64,000 nucleotides of DNA from Candidatus Kaiserbacteria bacterium. Its GTDB lineage: Bacteria > Patescibacteriota > Minisyncoccia > Phycocordibacterales > UBA918. Where the stretch lies: the NCBI GenBank assembly GCA_031430855.1, contig JANPCG010000015.1, positions 68,522 to 132,521 on the forward strand. Direction: 5' to 3'. Below the pieces are notes generated by a model, which was given only the letters and a program-made list of their open reading frames with translations, did no database searches and had not been told where the DNA came from. Position numbers and translations under genes: made by a program. Shown one piece after another: positions 39,823 through 49,660 of the stretch (position 1 is the first letter of the stretch; every line of letters starts with the position of its first letter).

Positions 39823-40423
39823 GGTTCATGTATATCATTAATAACGGTTCAGCGATAAGCCGCAATAAATACAGGACTCCAATCGACCCAACCAGTAATC
39901 GCCACTTTCCTTCATATTTTAAATAGAGGTAAGTCAGGAGCCCGAGAACGAGGATGCTATCAAATACGCTCACATATCGCCCAAACTCTACAGTATTCCA
40001 ATATGAAATAGGGCTGTGAAATTTCCAATCTAAGAACGGATAAAAGTGACGGTACGCATCCTCTGTATGGACGAAAAAATCAACGATGGTGTGAAAAAGG
40101 GCTGAAATACTAAAGTATTTAAGAAAATTCCAGCCAAAATGTACGGAAAATCCAATCAGAAGGGGCCACAAGATAAAGGAATGGGTGAGGGTGATCGGGA
40201 TACTCCAGCCGGAATTAAAGTACATATCGTCCCACATTACCTCGCCTGAATACCCTAAAATAAGCCCATAGACGATAAAAAAGACATACGTTGGAGTATC
40301 AGGAAATAAAGCCCCTAGGATAAAAGCGGACGTCCGCTGTTTTGTGGAGACTGGGTTCAGGTCTAGTTTTTCAGTTTTTTTAGCTAGTGCCCAGCTGTAT
40401 ATGAGGTGGGACGGCGTAATCAC
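39812..40423 (-). CDS. Membrane metal-dependent hydrolase-like protein
   Basis: SH...GALFPD...THS...HTIVDFFVH...D..RHFYP. Confidence 0.7.
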   Translation of the reverse strand: MITPSHLIYSWALAKKTEKLDLNPVSTKQRTSAFILGALFPDTPTYVFFIVYGLILGYSGEVMWDDMYFNSGWSIPITLTHSFILWPLLIGFSVHFGWNFLKYFSISALFHTIVDFFVHTEDAYRHFYPFLDWKFHSPISYWNTVEFGRYVSVFDSILVLGLLTYLYLKYEGKWRLLVGSIGVLYLLRLIAEPLLMIYMNHGA

Positions 40424-40467
40424 GTTTTCACTATACCATCAAAATATTGAAAAAGCGCCGAAAATGC

Positions 40468-40665
40468 TTGACGCTTCGTTAAATTTCCCGTACTATAGCC
40501 CACGTTCCTAACCGCATCGGTTATCGGCACCTATCTAGTGCCGAAAGTGTCAAAACAGAGAGCAAGTAAAGTTCAATTGTTTGGGAACCTCTGTTAAGTA
40601 AGGCAGTTACCTATACTTAGCCGAGGTTCTCAAAAGAGCACACCATTCATTTCATGGTGTGCATT
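40468..40665 (+). promoter_or_regulatory. Promoter and multi-hairpin leader of the rpsS block
   Basis: TTGACG...TACTAT, then TCGGCAC/GTGCCGA, GGGAACCTC/GAGGTTCTC and GCACACCAT/ATGGTGTGC. Confidence 0.55.
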
Positions 40666-40671
40666 TATCCA

Positions 40672-40795
40672 TAGGACGCGCATATGTGGAAAATTTCTTT
40701 TTCGCACCTGCAGATTTCACCGCTCACCTTACTTTTGTAAGGCTCGGGAAAAATCCTTGCTGCTGCGCGAAATTTCCTCACCTGCACCCGTCCTA
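40672..40795. repeat. Long imperfect hairpin, family H copy 5
   Basis: TAGGACG/CGTCCTA arms; CTCAC-CTTAC-TTTT-GTAAG-GCTCG apex. Confidence 0.62.
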
Positions 40796-40810
40796 GTTAC
40801 ATTAATAAGT

Positions 40811-41152
40811 ATGTCACGATCACTCTATAAAGGACCCCACGTAGACGAGAAGCTGATGAAGAAGATCGCCGGTAAAAAACCCGGAGAGAGTGGTGTCATT
40901 AAAACATGGGCTCGCGCCAGTATGATTGCGCCAGAAATGGTCGGTTTTACATTCGGAGTTCATAACGGAAAAGACCACGTCGCGGTTGTTGTGGCTGAAG
41001 AAATGGTAGGACATCGTCTTGGAGAATTTTCTTCAACGAAGAAGTTCCATCGCCACGGAGGTAAGATGCAGAAAGAGCTTGAACAAAAGAAAAAGGAAGC
41101 TGAAATCGCTGCTGCAAAGGCTTCTAAGTCCGCTGGACCAAGTAAGAAATAA
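40811..41152 (+). CDS. rpsS: 30S ribosomal protein S19
   Basis: VHNGK and MVGHRLGEF. Confidence 0.98.
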   Translation: MSRSLYKGPHVDEKLMKKIAGKKPGESGVIKTWARASMIAPEMVGFTFGVHNGKDHVAVVVAEEMVGHRLGEFSSTKKFHRHGGKMQKELEQKKKEAEIAAAKASKSAGPSKK

Positions 41153-41154
41153 GT

Positions 41155-41478
41155 ATGAAAGCAATTCTCAAAAATTACCGTCAATCTCCCCGCAAGGTTC
41201 GCCTGGTGGCTGATGTTGTACGAGGAAAAAAAGTGAATGATGCTATTGCAGCCCTTCAGTTTGTCGACAAGCGTTCATCTGAAGCCTTTCTAAAGGTTAT
41301 CAAGTCTGCTGCCGCGAACGCTACACAAGCGGGTGCTGACGTGTCACATTTGATTGTAAAACACGTATCAGTTGATAAAGGTATTACCCAAAAGCGTTTT
41401 ATGCCACGAGCTCGTGGTTCAGCGTCACGAATTAACAAGCGCAGTAGTCACATTACTGTGGAATTAGGTAACAAATAA
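41155..41478 (+). CDS. rplV: 50S ribosomal protein L22
   Basis: SPRKVRLV, PRARG and SHIT. Confidence 0.98.
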   Translation: MKAILKNYRQSPRKVRLVADVVRGKKVNDAIAALQFVDKRSSEAFLKVIKSAAANATQAGADVSHLIVKHVSVDKGITQKRFMPRARGSASRINKRSSHITVELGNK

Positions 41479-41479
41479 T

Positions 41480-42208
41480 ATGACACACGTAGCCCATCCA
41501 TATGTTCAACGTATTGGTATCAATCGTGACTGGCGCAGTCGTTGGTTTACCACTGACCCAAAGCAGTTTCGTGAGTACTTGCGTGTAGATGCCCAAATCC
41601 GTAAATTCCTTGCTACCCGATTAAAGGGTATGTCAGTTGACACGGTTGAAATTGAGCGTGACCAAAAATCAGTTCGTATCATTATTAAAACTGCTCGTCC
41701 TGGACTCGTCATTGGTCGTAGTGGAGAAGGAGCGGTAAAGTTGAAGAAAGAAATAGACATGCTTTTCCGTAAGGCGTCGCTCACTACTAAGCCCGAAATC
41801 AAGCTTGATGTTGAAGAAATTCGTTCACCAGAATCAAGTGCCAACATTGTTGGACAAATGATTGCTGAAGGTCTAGAGAAGCGTCTTACCTTCCGTCGCG
41901 TTATGAAAATGACGATTGAAAAAGTTATGGCAAACCGTGATGTGGAAGGAGTAAAAATCATTCTTTCTGGTCGTCTTGGCGGTGCTGACATGGCTCGTAA
42001 AGAAGAACTCAAGAAAGGACGAATTCCACTTCAGACCCTACGTGCTGACATTGACTTCGCTCGCGTAACGGCTCGTTTGCCATACGGAGCGATTGGGATC
42101 AAGGTGTGGATCTATCGTGGACAAGTTTTTGCTGACCGTAAAGCTGGTCAGGCCGACACTGCACCACGCGCGACACGAATGGAAGATACTCGAAGTACTA
42201 ATCGATAA
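41480..42208 (+). CDS. rpsC: 30S ribosomal protein S3
   Basis: ARPGLVIGR, PLQTLRADID and GIKVWI. Confidence 0.98.
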   Translation: MTHVAHPYVQRIGINRDWRSRWFTTDPKQFREYLRVDAQIRKFLATRLKGMSVDTVEIERDQKSVRIIIKTARPGLVIGRSGEGAVKLKKEIDMLFRKASLTTKPEIKLDVEEIRSPESSANIVGQMIAEGLEKRLTFRRVMKMTIEKVMANRDVEGVKIILSGRLGGADMARKEELKKGRIPLQTLRADIDFARVTARLPYGAIGIKVWIYRGQVFADRKAGQADTAPRATRMEDTRSTNR

Positions 42209-42213
42209 TCTGT

Positions 42214-42648
42214 ATGTTATTTCCTAAAAAAGTAGCCCACCGCAAGTGGCAAGTTGGACGCAAGAGTCCTGAAAAATTGGCTCGTCCAGAGACTCGAGGT
42301 ATCACTGTTGCGTTTGGAGAGTACGGTCTTAAGGCTACTACTCCATCACGAGTTCGTTCAAATCAAATTGAGGCCGCTCGACGAGTGATTTCTCGCACAC
42401 TCGGTAAAACCGGAAAAATTTGGATTCGAATTTTCCCTGACAAGCCAATTACACAAAAAGCGGCAGAAGTGCCGATGGGTAAAGGTAAGGGGGACCCTGA
42501 CCACTTCGTGTTTGAAGTAGCACCCGGACGAATCTTGTTTGAAGTCGAAGGAGTTTCAGAAGAACTCGCCCGCAAGGCTTTGCGTAAAGCAGTAGCAAAA
42601 CTTCCATTAAAAGCTAAGGTGGTAACCCGTGCAGAAACCCGCGCGTAA
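42214..42648 (+). CDS. rplP: 50S ribosomal protein L16
   Basis: WIRIFPDKP and MGKGKG. Confidence 0.98.
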   Translation: MLFPKKVAHRKWQVGRKSPEKLARPETRGITVAFGEYGLKATTPSRVRSNQIEAARRVISRTLGKTGKIWIRIFPDKPITQKAAEVPMGKGKGDPDHFVFEVAPGRILFEVEGVSEELARKALRKAVAKLPLKAKVVTRAETRA

Positions 42649-42657
42649 TATATCGAT

Positions 42658-42852
42658 ATGAAATACTCTGATATACAAAAGAAAAGTGACAATGAGCTCG
42701 GAGAGCTCATTGTGGCTGCGCGTGAAGATTTGCGAGCCGAACGCTTCAAAGATAAATTTAGTAAAAAAGCTGCGACTATCCGAACTGCCAAAACAACAAT
42801 TGCTCAGGCACTCACTGAAGTCACCAGTCGCCGTAACCAGGTAAGTAAATAA
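42658..42852 (+). CDS. rpmC: 50S ribosomal protein L29
   Basis: Size, helical pattern and synteny. Confidence 0.9.
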   Translation: MKYSDIQKKSDNELGELIVAAREDLRAERFKDKFSKKAATIRTAKTTIAQALTEVTSRRNQVSK

Positions 42853-42853
42853 T

Positions 42854-43117
42854 ATGAGTACCATAGAAACAGTAGTAGCCCCAAAAGGCCGCGTACTCCA
42901 AGGTACTGTTGTATCGACCAAGATGACCGATACTATTACGGTGATTGTTGACCGGTACGTAAAGCACCCAAAGTACAAAAAGTACGAACGACTTTCAAAA
43001 AAGTTCCTTGTTCATGACAAGGGAAACACAGCGAAAGAAGGTCAGCTTGTCTCAATTCGAGAAACTCGTCCGATGTCAAAGCGGAAGCATTTTGAATTGG
43101 TAACCATTAACAAATAA
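42854..43117 (+). CDS. rpsQ: 30S ribosomal protein S17
   Basis: HPKYKK and ETRPMSKRK. Confidence 0.98.
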   Translation: MSTIETVVAPKGRVLQGTVVSTKMTDTITVIVDRYVKHPKYKKYERLSKKFLVHDKGNTAKEGQLVSIRETRPMSKRKHFELVTINK

Positions 43118-43120
43118 CAT

Positions 43121-43492
43121 ATGATTCAACCTCAAACATTGGTCCGTATTACGGACAACTCTGGTGGAAAGATGGGTCGTGTGTTCAAGGTTCTTGGTGG
43201 CTCAAAGAAGCGCTACGCAGAATTGGGTGAAGTCGTGGTGCTTGCAGTACAAACTGCAGAGCCCCGAAAAGCGGTAAAGAAAAAGGATGTGGTCTACGGC
43301 GTTGTCGTACGACAAGTAAAGCCGTATCGTCGAAAGGATGGATCGTACGTTAGTTTTGATGATAATGCGGTTGTCCTTATCGATAAGGTAAAGAAAGAAC
43401 CAAAAGCGAACCGTGTATTCGGTCCGATTCCCCGAGAGCTCGGCGAGGCCGGTTATCAGAAAATCGTCTCCTTGGCCCCAGAGGTTGTATAA
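43121..43492 (+). CDS. rplN: 50S ribosomal protein L14
   Basis: DNSG, FDDNAVV and SLAPEV. Confidence 0.98.
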   Translation: MIQPQTLVRITDNSGGKMGRVFKVLGGSKKRYAELGEVVVLAVQTAEPRKAVKKKDVVYGVVVRQVKPYRRKDGSYVSFDDNAVVLIDKVKKEPKANRVFGPIPRELGEAGYQKIVSLAPEVV

Positions 43493-43516
43493 GGAACGTA
43501 TATCTATACCAATACT

Positions 43517-43828
43517 ATGAAATTAAGAAAAGGGGACACCGTTAAGGTGATTGCTGGAAAAGATAAAGGAAAGACCGGTACCATTCTCACTGCCCTAAAG
43601 GCAACTGAGCAAGTGGTGATTGAAGGTATTAATGTTGTCACCAAGCACCAAAAGAATAAACGAACTCGTTCACGAGGACAGATTGTTACCGTAAGTATGC
43701 CGATTCACGCCTCAAACGTCGCGTTGATGGAGGGTGATAAGGCCGTACGCGCAGGCTACGTCTTTGAAGGGGAGGGAGACAAGCGAACCAAGGTCCGCGT
43801 CGCTCGACCGAGTGGTAAGAAAATATAA
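43517..43828 (+). CDS. rplX: 50S ribosomal protein L24
   Basis: GDTVKVIAGKDKGK and PIHASNV. Confidence 0.98.
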   Translation: MKLRKGDTVKVIAGKDKGKTGTILTALKATEQVVIEGINVVTKHQKNKRTRSRGQIVTVSMPIHASNVALMEGDKAVRAGYVFEGEGDKRTKVRVARPSGKKI

Positions 43829-43832
43829 TTGT

Positions 43833-44378
43833 ATGGAAACAACACTCACAAAAATTAATTCTGCCTACACTACCCTTAAGGGTGAGTTCGGATATCAGAA
43901 TGTGATGCAGGCACCAAAGGTAGAGAAAATTGTTGTCTCGATTGGTACCGGTCGTGTACAGGACAAGCAAAAAGAGGCACTCATCCGAGATCGACTCGCT
44001 CGTATTACGGGACAGAAGCCGGCGGCTCGTCCAGCCAAGCAATCAATTGCTGCTTTTAAGCTCCGAGCTGGTGAAATCATCGGGTACCAAACAACACTTC
44101 GTGGTGCGCGGATGCAGCACTTCCTCGATAAGCTCATTAATATTGCGTTGCCACAGACTCGTGACTTTCGCGGACTCAAAGTAACGGCAATTGATGAAAT
44201 GGGGAACATCACTATTGGTATCAAAGAACACACTATTTTCCCAGAATGTAGTGATGAAGAAATCAAAGATGTTTTCAGTTTTGCCATTACGATTGTAACG
44301 ACAGCGAAGACAAAGAAAGAAGCCGAGGCTTTCCTTCGACACATTAATTTGCCGTTAAAGAAAGAAGAATCTAAATAA
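43833..44378 (+). CDS. rplE: 50S ribosomal protein L5
   Basis: ITGQKP, RDFRG and IFPE; ATG at 43833. Confidence 0.98.
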   Translation: METTLTKINSAYTTLKGEFGYQNVMQAPKVEKIVVSIGTGRVQDKQKEALIRDRLARITGQKPAARPAKQSIAAFKLRAGEIIGYQTTLRGARMQHFLDKLINIALPQTRDFRGLKVTAIDEMGNITIGIKEHTIFPECSDEEIKDVFSFAITIVTTAKTKKEAEAFLRHINLPLKKEESK

Positions 44379-44393
44379 AGATTCCTAAATATA

Positions 44394-44426
44394 CAAAACC
44401 CCGCACCAACTGGTGCGGGGTTTTGT
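44394..44426 (+). terminator. Intrinsic terminator after rplE
   Basis: CAAAACCCCGCACCA-AC-TGGTGCGGGGTTTTG. Confidence 0.85.
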
Positions 44427-44502
44427 TGCATTTTAAAAATTCTATTGTATAATAAATAACGAAACGGTGCGCTTCTGCACCCGTAGATCTTTGGGGGTAC
44501 CA

Positions 44503-44832
44503 ATGTCTGGATTGATTGATCATACGTTCTCGTGGCCAACCGGGTGGCAGATGTTTGAGCTTGTGTGGCTCCTCGCTTTTGCGGGGTACGGCTACTATCT
44601 CTTCAAACAGAAAGGCTGGTTCAAGGAGCCGGTGACCGTCGGTTCGATGTTCTGGGAGGTGCCGCTGGCCGGTCTCTTGACGGCGTTTTTGACGACCGAC
44701 TTTCAACTTGAGGGCTTGTTCCTTATGTTGAAGTATCACTATGTGAAAGAGGTTCTCAAGCACGATCGGGTGGGGCGTAATCTCCTGATCATTGGTGCGG
44801 TGGCCCTGATTCTCTTGATTGTCATCCTCTGA
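44503..44832 (+). CDS. Hypothetical membrane protein
   Basis: About three hydrophobic segments; ATG at 44503; followed by a hairpin and T tract. Confidence 0.6.
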   Translation: MSGLIDHTFSWPTGWQMFELVWLLAFAGYGYYLFKQKGWFKEPVTVGSMFWEVPLAGLLTAFLTTDFQLEGLFLMLKYHYVKEVLKHDRVGRNLLIIGAVALILLIVIL

Positions 44833-44946
44833 ACCAGGTGTGGAAAATTGGGCGGGCGGGATTATTTTTCCCGGCCGTCTTTTTTATTTTTTTAATACAA
44901 CAATGGGCAGCTGATAAAGGCTGCCCATTTCAATCGTGTACAGAGG

Positions 44947-45546
44947 TCATTCGCCTGATTGGCGAATGGGGACAATGTTGTCACCTGTCTTATCAAGAAA
45001 GTCTGACACAGCGGCGTTGTCAGCAGCCAGACCATGAGCCAACAGGCTATCCCGAACCATTTGATCAATCGCAAGAGCAAGCGCTCGATCAGAACGGCTT
45101 ACTTGGAGTTTCAAGGCCAGCTGAGCGTAGCGTTCGCTTACCTGTCTCGCTTTACGCAAGAGTTCTTCTCCTACGTCGAGTTCCGTATGGAGTCGGGTGT
45201 AGTGCGGGAGGTGTCGTGAGAGGGTCTCCCGCAGGACGCTCTCAACGGCGGCGTGTACGTCAAACCGCAGTTCCATCAAAGCACTGTCTTTATGCAAGAG
45301 GGCAATCTGAGACAGGGTATTTCCCATTACTGCCAAAATGAGAAACAAGACGATTACTGTCCCTCCAGCAATCAGTGTGACAGAAAACGGCGTGAGTTCT
45401 GCTTGGTAGTAGTACAGGGTACTGCCGACGAGAGAAAAAAGTATCGCTACGGAAGCGAGTACTCCCCACAGCACGACCTGTTTCCAGACCAAGCTGCGTT
45501 GGTTCATTTTATCTATTTCCGCCAGCTTAGTTAGGTGTTCGGACAT
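44947..45546 (-). CDS. Hypothetical two-TM protein with coiled-coil tail
   Basis: 199 aa, two TM helices, AAGGA upstream. Confidence 0.65.
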   Translation of the reverse strand: MSEHLTKLAEIDKMNQRSLVWKQVVLWGVLASVAILFSLVGSTLYYYQAELTPFSVTLIAGGTVIVLFLILAVMGNTLSQIALLHKDSALMELRFDVHAAVESVLRETLSRHLPHYTRLHTELDVGEELLRKARQVSERYAQLALKLQVSRSDRALALAIDQMVRDSLLAHGLAADNAAVSDFLDKTGDNIVPIRQSGE

Positions 45547-45792
45547 GGGATGTTCCTTCAGAGGACAGATGGTTTCTCTAACTACTTTAGCGTAAACTGG
45601 TAGTTTTGCAATCTTTCAACCTTTCCTAAAACCTTGTGTTTTCTATGGATTCTGGTATTGTAGGCGGCGAAGCCTGATGCGGAATGTCTATTTTTATGAC
45701 ACCACATCGTGCTGCTAAACCCTCATGGTTTGGCGATTATTAAGGGGGTACGTCACGAATTCTACGTGATACGGCCTCGTAACCAACAATCA

Positions 45793-45978
45793 ATGGCTCG
45801 AACATCAGTTATTGTGCGCTCAAAGCGTACACCGAAGTTTGCGAGTCGCGTGGTCCGTCGATGTGAGCGCTGTGGGCGCAAGCACGGCTATATGCGTGAC
45901 TTTGATATGTGCCGTATTTGCTTCCGTGAAGCGGCTCATGAAGGACATATACCAGGTATAACCAAATCATCATGGTAG
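45793..45978 (+). CDS. rpsZ: 30S ribosomal protein S14, short zinc-binding type
   Basis: 61 aa; RCERCGR, CRICFRE and PGITKSSW. Confidence 0.96.
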   Translation: MARTSVIVRSKRTPKFASRVVRRCERCGRKHGYMRDFDMCRICFREAAHEGHIPGITKSSW

Positions 45979-46367
45979 GCGATACTATTGGCGACTTCAT
46001 TATTCAGCTTAAAAATGCCGGTGCGGTCGGGAAAAAGAACGTTAACGTTCCTTACTCAAAGCTCCGTCAGGCCGTAGCCGACAAGCTAGTCGCTGCTGGA
46101 TACGTTGAAGCAGCAGTCCCTAAGGGGAAAGTCGTTTCTGAAAAGAAACTTGAAGTGACGCTTAAATACGAAAACGGGAGTCACCGGATTCGTGGCGTGA
46201 AGCGTGTCAGTAAGCCAGGAAGACGGCTCTACACAAAAGTTGCAGATATTCACCGAGTTAAGTTTGGTCAGGGTCACCTGATCCTCTCAACCCCAGCCGG
46301 TATCCTCACGAATGATGAGGCACGAGCGGCAAATGTGGGCGGAGAACAACTCTTTATTATTTGGTAA
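45972..46367 (+). CDS. rpsH: 30S ribosomal protein S8
   Basis: RVSKPGRRLY, ILST and VGGE. Confidence 0.97.
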   Translation: MVGDTIGDFIIQLKNAGAVGKKNVNVPYSKLRQAVADKLVAAGYVEAAVPKGKVVSEKKLEVTLKYENGSHRIRGVKRVSKPGRRLYTKVADIHRVKFGQGHLILSTPAGILTNDEARAANVGGEQLFIIW

Positions 46368-46368
46368 T

Positions 46369-46899
46369 ATGAGTCGATTAGGAAAAATTCCAGTCACTAT
46401 CCCCGCTGGTGTTGAAGTAACACAGCAAGATACTGTACTGACGGTGAAAGGTCCGAAAGGCACCCTCACACGAGAAATTAAAAAAGATGTCCTCATGAAT
46501 ATCGAGGGTGGGGTGATTACGCTTGATCCACAAAAAACTGACCTCGCGCCAGCTTTGTGGGGTACGTACGCTGCACATATCCGTAACATGATTGAAGGAG
46601 TAACGACTGGTTTTACCCGCATTCTTGAAATTGAAGGAGTGGGATACCGCGCTGAAGTAAAAGGCACTGACCTCGTTTTGAGTGTCGGGTATTCACATCC
46701 AGTACCACTCGCAGTACCAGCCGGCATTACTGCCTTGGTTGAGAAGTCAGTGATTACGCTCACGGGATCAGACAAAGATGCTCTTGGGCAGTTTGCTGCC
46801 AACGTGCGTAAGGTGCGCAAGCCAGAACCATACAAAGGGAAGGGTATTCGCTACCGAGGAGAGTTCATTATTCGTAAACAAGGTAAAAAGGCTGTATAG
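46369..46899 (+). CDS. rplF: 50S ribosomal protein L6
   Basis: MSRLGK and PEPYKGKGI. Confidence 0.98.
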   Translation: MSRLGKIPVTIPAGVEVTQQDTVLTVKGPKGTLTREIKKDVLMNIEGGVITLDPQKTDLAPALWGTYAAHIRNMIEGVTTGFTRILEIEGVGYRAEVKGTDLVLSVGYSHPVPLAVPAGITALVEKSVITLTGSDKDALGQFAANVRKVRKPEPYKGKGIRYRGEFIIRKQGKKAV

Positions 46900-46911
46900 G
46901 CCCGTAGCAAT

Positions 46912-47259
46912 ATGGATAAAGCACAATACAAAACTGAAAAGCGAGCCGGACGTCATGCCCGCATTCGCGCCAAAGTGTCAGGTACAGCTGAGCGACCTCG
47001 TCTCGCCGTCTACAAGAGTAATGTGGCAGTCTATGCCCAGCTCATTGACGATGTGCGTGGTGTAACAATCGCTGCCGTTGATTCACGAAAGACGAAGGGA
47101 ACAAACAGTGAAGGAGCCGTCTTTGTGGGAACTGAAATTGCGAACAAGGCAAAGACTCTTGGGGTAACTGCGGTCGTATTTGACCGTGGTGGATTCCGAT
47201 ACCAGGGAGTGGTGGCTGCTGTCGCTGATGGTGCTCGTGCTGCTGGACTGATCCTCTAA
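46912..47259 (+). CDS. rplR: 50S ribosomal protein L18
   Basis: RPRLAV and VFDRGG. Confidence 0.98.
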   Translation: MDKAQYKTEKRAGRHARIRAKVSGTAERPRLAVYKSNVAVYAQLIDDVRGVTIAAVDSRKTKGTNSEGAVFVGTEIANKAKTLGVTAVVFDRGGFRYQGVVAAVADGARAAGLIL

Positions 47260-47283
47260 TTATTTATTTTAAGTCAATTTTAT

Positions 47284-47916
47284 ATGACACAGCCGGAAGC
47301 TATAACTGACACTTCGTCAGATACTGTAGTACCACCAGTGGTACCTGCAACCGATGCACCAGCTGCTGACGCTACAGCGACCACACCAGGTCGCGGTCGC
47401 GGTCCGCGTGGCGCTCAGGGAGGAGGAGATAATCGCCGAAACGAACGCCGTCCGCGCCGGACGGGTCGCCCAGAACGAACGAAGCCAGAGTTTGATCAAA
47501 AAATCATCAGTATCCGCCGCGTAACTCGCGTGATGGGTGGTGGTCGCCGATTCAGTTTCTCGGTGGCGATGGTGATTGGAGATAAGCGCGGCAAAGTTGG
47601 GGTTGGTATCGGCAAAGCCGGTGACACTCAACTCGCTATCGAAAAAGCGATTCGCGACGCCAAGAAGAATATGATTACGGTGGTAATGAATAAAGATAGT
47701 CATATTCCGCACGATGTACACGTAAAGTATGCCTCAAGTGAAGTGATGATGATGCCAGCTCCAGGACGAGGTTTGGTAGCCGGATCATCCGTCCGTAACG
47801 TACTTGAGCTCGCTGGAGTCAAAGACATTACTGCCAAGATTTTCTCTCGCAGTAAGAACAAACTTAACAACGCTCGCGCTGCAGTCGAAGCGCTCAAGCA
47901 ACTTAAAAAAGCCTAA
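47284..47916 (+). CDS. rpsE: 30S ribosomal protein S5 (long N-terminal extension)
   Basis: RVTRVMGGGRRFSF. Confidence 0.98.
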   Translation: MTQPEAITDTSSDTVVPPVVPATDAPAADATATTPGRGRGPRGAQGGGDNRRNERRPRRTGRPERTKPEFDQKIISIRRVTRVMGGGRRFSFSVAMVIGDKRGKVGVGIGKAGDTQLAIEKAIRDAKKNMITVVMNKDSHIPHDVHVKYASSEVMMMPAPGRGLVAGSSVRNVLELAGVKDITAKIFSRSKNKLNNARAAVEALKQLKKA

Positions 47917-47919
47917 GGT

Positions 47920-48372
47920 ATGCAACTACATGAATTAGTGCCGGCTACCAAGCGAAAGACCAAGAAGCGAATCGGTCTCGGTGGTAAACGAGGAAAGACT
48001 TCAGGTCGCGGAGGAAAGGGGCAGACTGCCCGTACCGGTAACAGTACGCGTCCAGAAATGCGTGACTTCATCAAGAAGCTACCAAAGCTTCGTGGTCATG
48101 GTAAAAACCGAGCTGATACCGTTAACAACGAACAGGTACCGGTTGTGCCAGTAAACCTAGGTGCTATTGAAGCAGCCTTCGAGAACGGTGCTACCGTGTC
48201 ACCACGATCACTCGTGACGGCTGGTTTGGTCAGTACACGACGCAAGCGTGTTCCGGTTGTAAAGATTCTCGGAACCGGTGAAATCACCAAGAAAGTAACG
48301 ATTGAGGGTTGTATGGTTTCAGCTTCAGCTGAAGCTAAGGTGGTGGCAGCTGGCGGAAAAGTAACGAAATAA
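47920..48372 (+). CDS. rplO: 50S ribosomal protein L15
   Basis: GKTSGRGGKGQ and VKILGTG. Confidence 0.97.
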   Translation: MQLHELVPATKRKTKKRIGLGGKRGKTSGRGGKGQTARTGNSTRPEMRDFIKKLPKLRGHGKNRADTVNNEQVPVVPVNLGAIEAAFENGATVSPRSLVTAGLVSTRRKRVPVVKILGTGEITKKVTIEGCMVSASAEAKVVAAGGKVTK

Positions 48373-48388
48373 GGTAGAATACTGCCAT

Positions 48389-49660
48389 ATGCAAACATTT
48401 CTTCGTAAGCTCTCAATTATCTTCACTGACCCAGCTATCCGTAATCGCGTGTTGTTTGTACTTGGTGCCCTCGTGGTATTTCGTCTTTTGGCAGCGGTAC
48501 CGATTCCTGGTGTTGACCAGGCGGTATTGCAGCAATTCTTTGCGAACAACCAATTTCTCGGACTCTTGAATATCTTCTCCGGTGGTGGATTATCAAATCT
48601 CTCAATTGTGATGCTCGGGGTTGGTCCGTTTATTACGGCTTCAATCATCATGCAGCTTTTGACGGTGATGTCTCCGGCGATGAAAAGCCTCTACTCGGAA
48701 GAGGGGGAGGCAGGTCGCGCAAAGTTCACCCAGTACAGTCGTATGCTCTGTTTACCACTTGCAGTCTTGCAGGGATTCGGGTTTCTTACTCTCCTCCAGA
48801 GTCAGGGTGTAATCTCAGGACTCACGACGTTTGAGTTCGGAGTTAATGTGACATTGATTGTTGCCGGTTCAGTACTTCTGATGTGGATTGGAGAACTCGT
48901 CACAGAATATGGTGTTGGAAACGGTGTATCTATCATTATCTTCTCGGGGATTGTGGCTGGCCTCCCAGCTACCTTGAGTCAGCTCCTCTTCACCTTCGAT
49001 ACTGCACAGCTCCCACTTTATATCGGTTTTGCCATCCTCGCCCTCGGTATTATCTATGCAGTGGTAGTAATGACTGAAGCAGAGCGTCCGGTGCCAATTA
49101 CATACGCCAAGCAGAGTCGGGGGGGATCAATGTATGGAGGGAGCTCTTCGTACTTGCCGCTTCGCTTGAACCAGGCTGGAGTTATTCCAATTATCTTTGC
49201 GCTTTCAATTATGCTGTTCCCGCAGATGATCTTGAATATTCTCAGTGCGTTTAATCTCTCATGGGTGCCCCGCGCGAACGAAGTAGTAACTGGTTTTATT
49301 AACAATATACCACTCTACGGAGTCACGTATTTTGTGTTGGTATTTATGTTTACCTTCTTCTACACCGCCGTGACATTTGATCCAGATGCAATTGCCAAAA
49401 ACCTCCAGCGAAACGGTGCATTCATTCCGGGGATTCGTCCTGGGGCACATACTTCAGAGTACCTCGGTAATCTGATTACTCGTCTGACGTTTGTCGGTGC
49501 GATGTTCCTCGCTTTGGTGGCGGTGCTTCCAATCGGTATGCAGTTTGCTACTGGTATTGCAGCCCTCGCTATTGGTGGAACCGCGATTCTGATTGTAGTG
49601 TCAGTAGTATTGGACCTCATCCGTCGCCTTGACGCTCAAGTCTCAATGCGCCAGTACTAA
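48389..49660 (+). CDS. secY: Preprotein translocase SecY
   Basis: LGVGPFITASIIMQLL, GNGVS and FIPGIRPG. Confidence 0.98.
   Translation: MQTFLRKLSIIFTDPAIRNRVLFVLGALVVFRLLAAVPIPGVDQAVLQQFFANNQFLGLLNIFSGGGLSNLSIVMLGVGPFITASIIMQLLTVMSPAMKSLYSEEGEAGRAKFTQYSRMLCLPLAVLQGFGFLTLLQSQGVISGLTTFEFGVNVTLIVAGSVLLMWIGELVTEYGVGNGVSIIIFSGIVAGLPATLSQLLFTFDTAQLPLYIGFAILALGIIYAVVVMTEAERPVPITYAKQSRGGSMYGGSSSYLPLRLNQAGVIPIIFALSIMLFPQMILNILSAFNLSWVPRANEVVTGFINNIPLYGVTYFVLVFMFTFFYTAVTFDPDAIAKNLQRNGAFIPGIRPGAHTSEYLGNLITRLTFVGAMFLALVAVLPIGMQFATGIAALAIGGTAILIVVSVVLDLIRRLDAQVSMRQY

Noticed and set aside
47917-47919. Missing rpmD (L30) between rpsE and rplO as a novelty
   Set aside because: Loss of L30 is an established CPR trait; used only as a taxonomic clue.
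41506-48651. Many long antisense or alternative-frame ORFs over ribosomal genes
   Set aside because: They fully overlap conserved genes and have no motifs.
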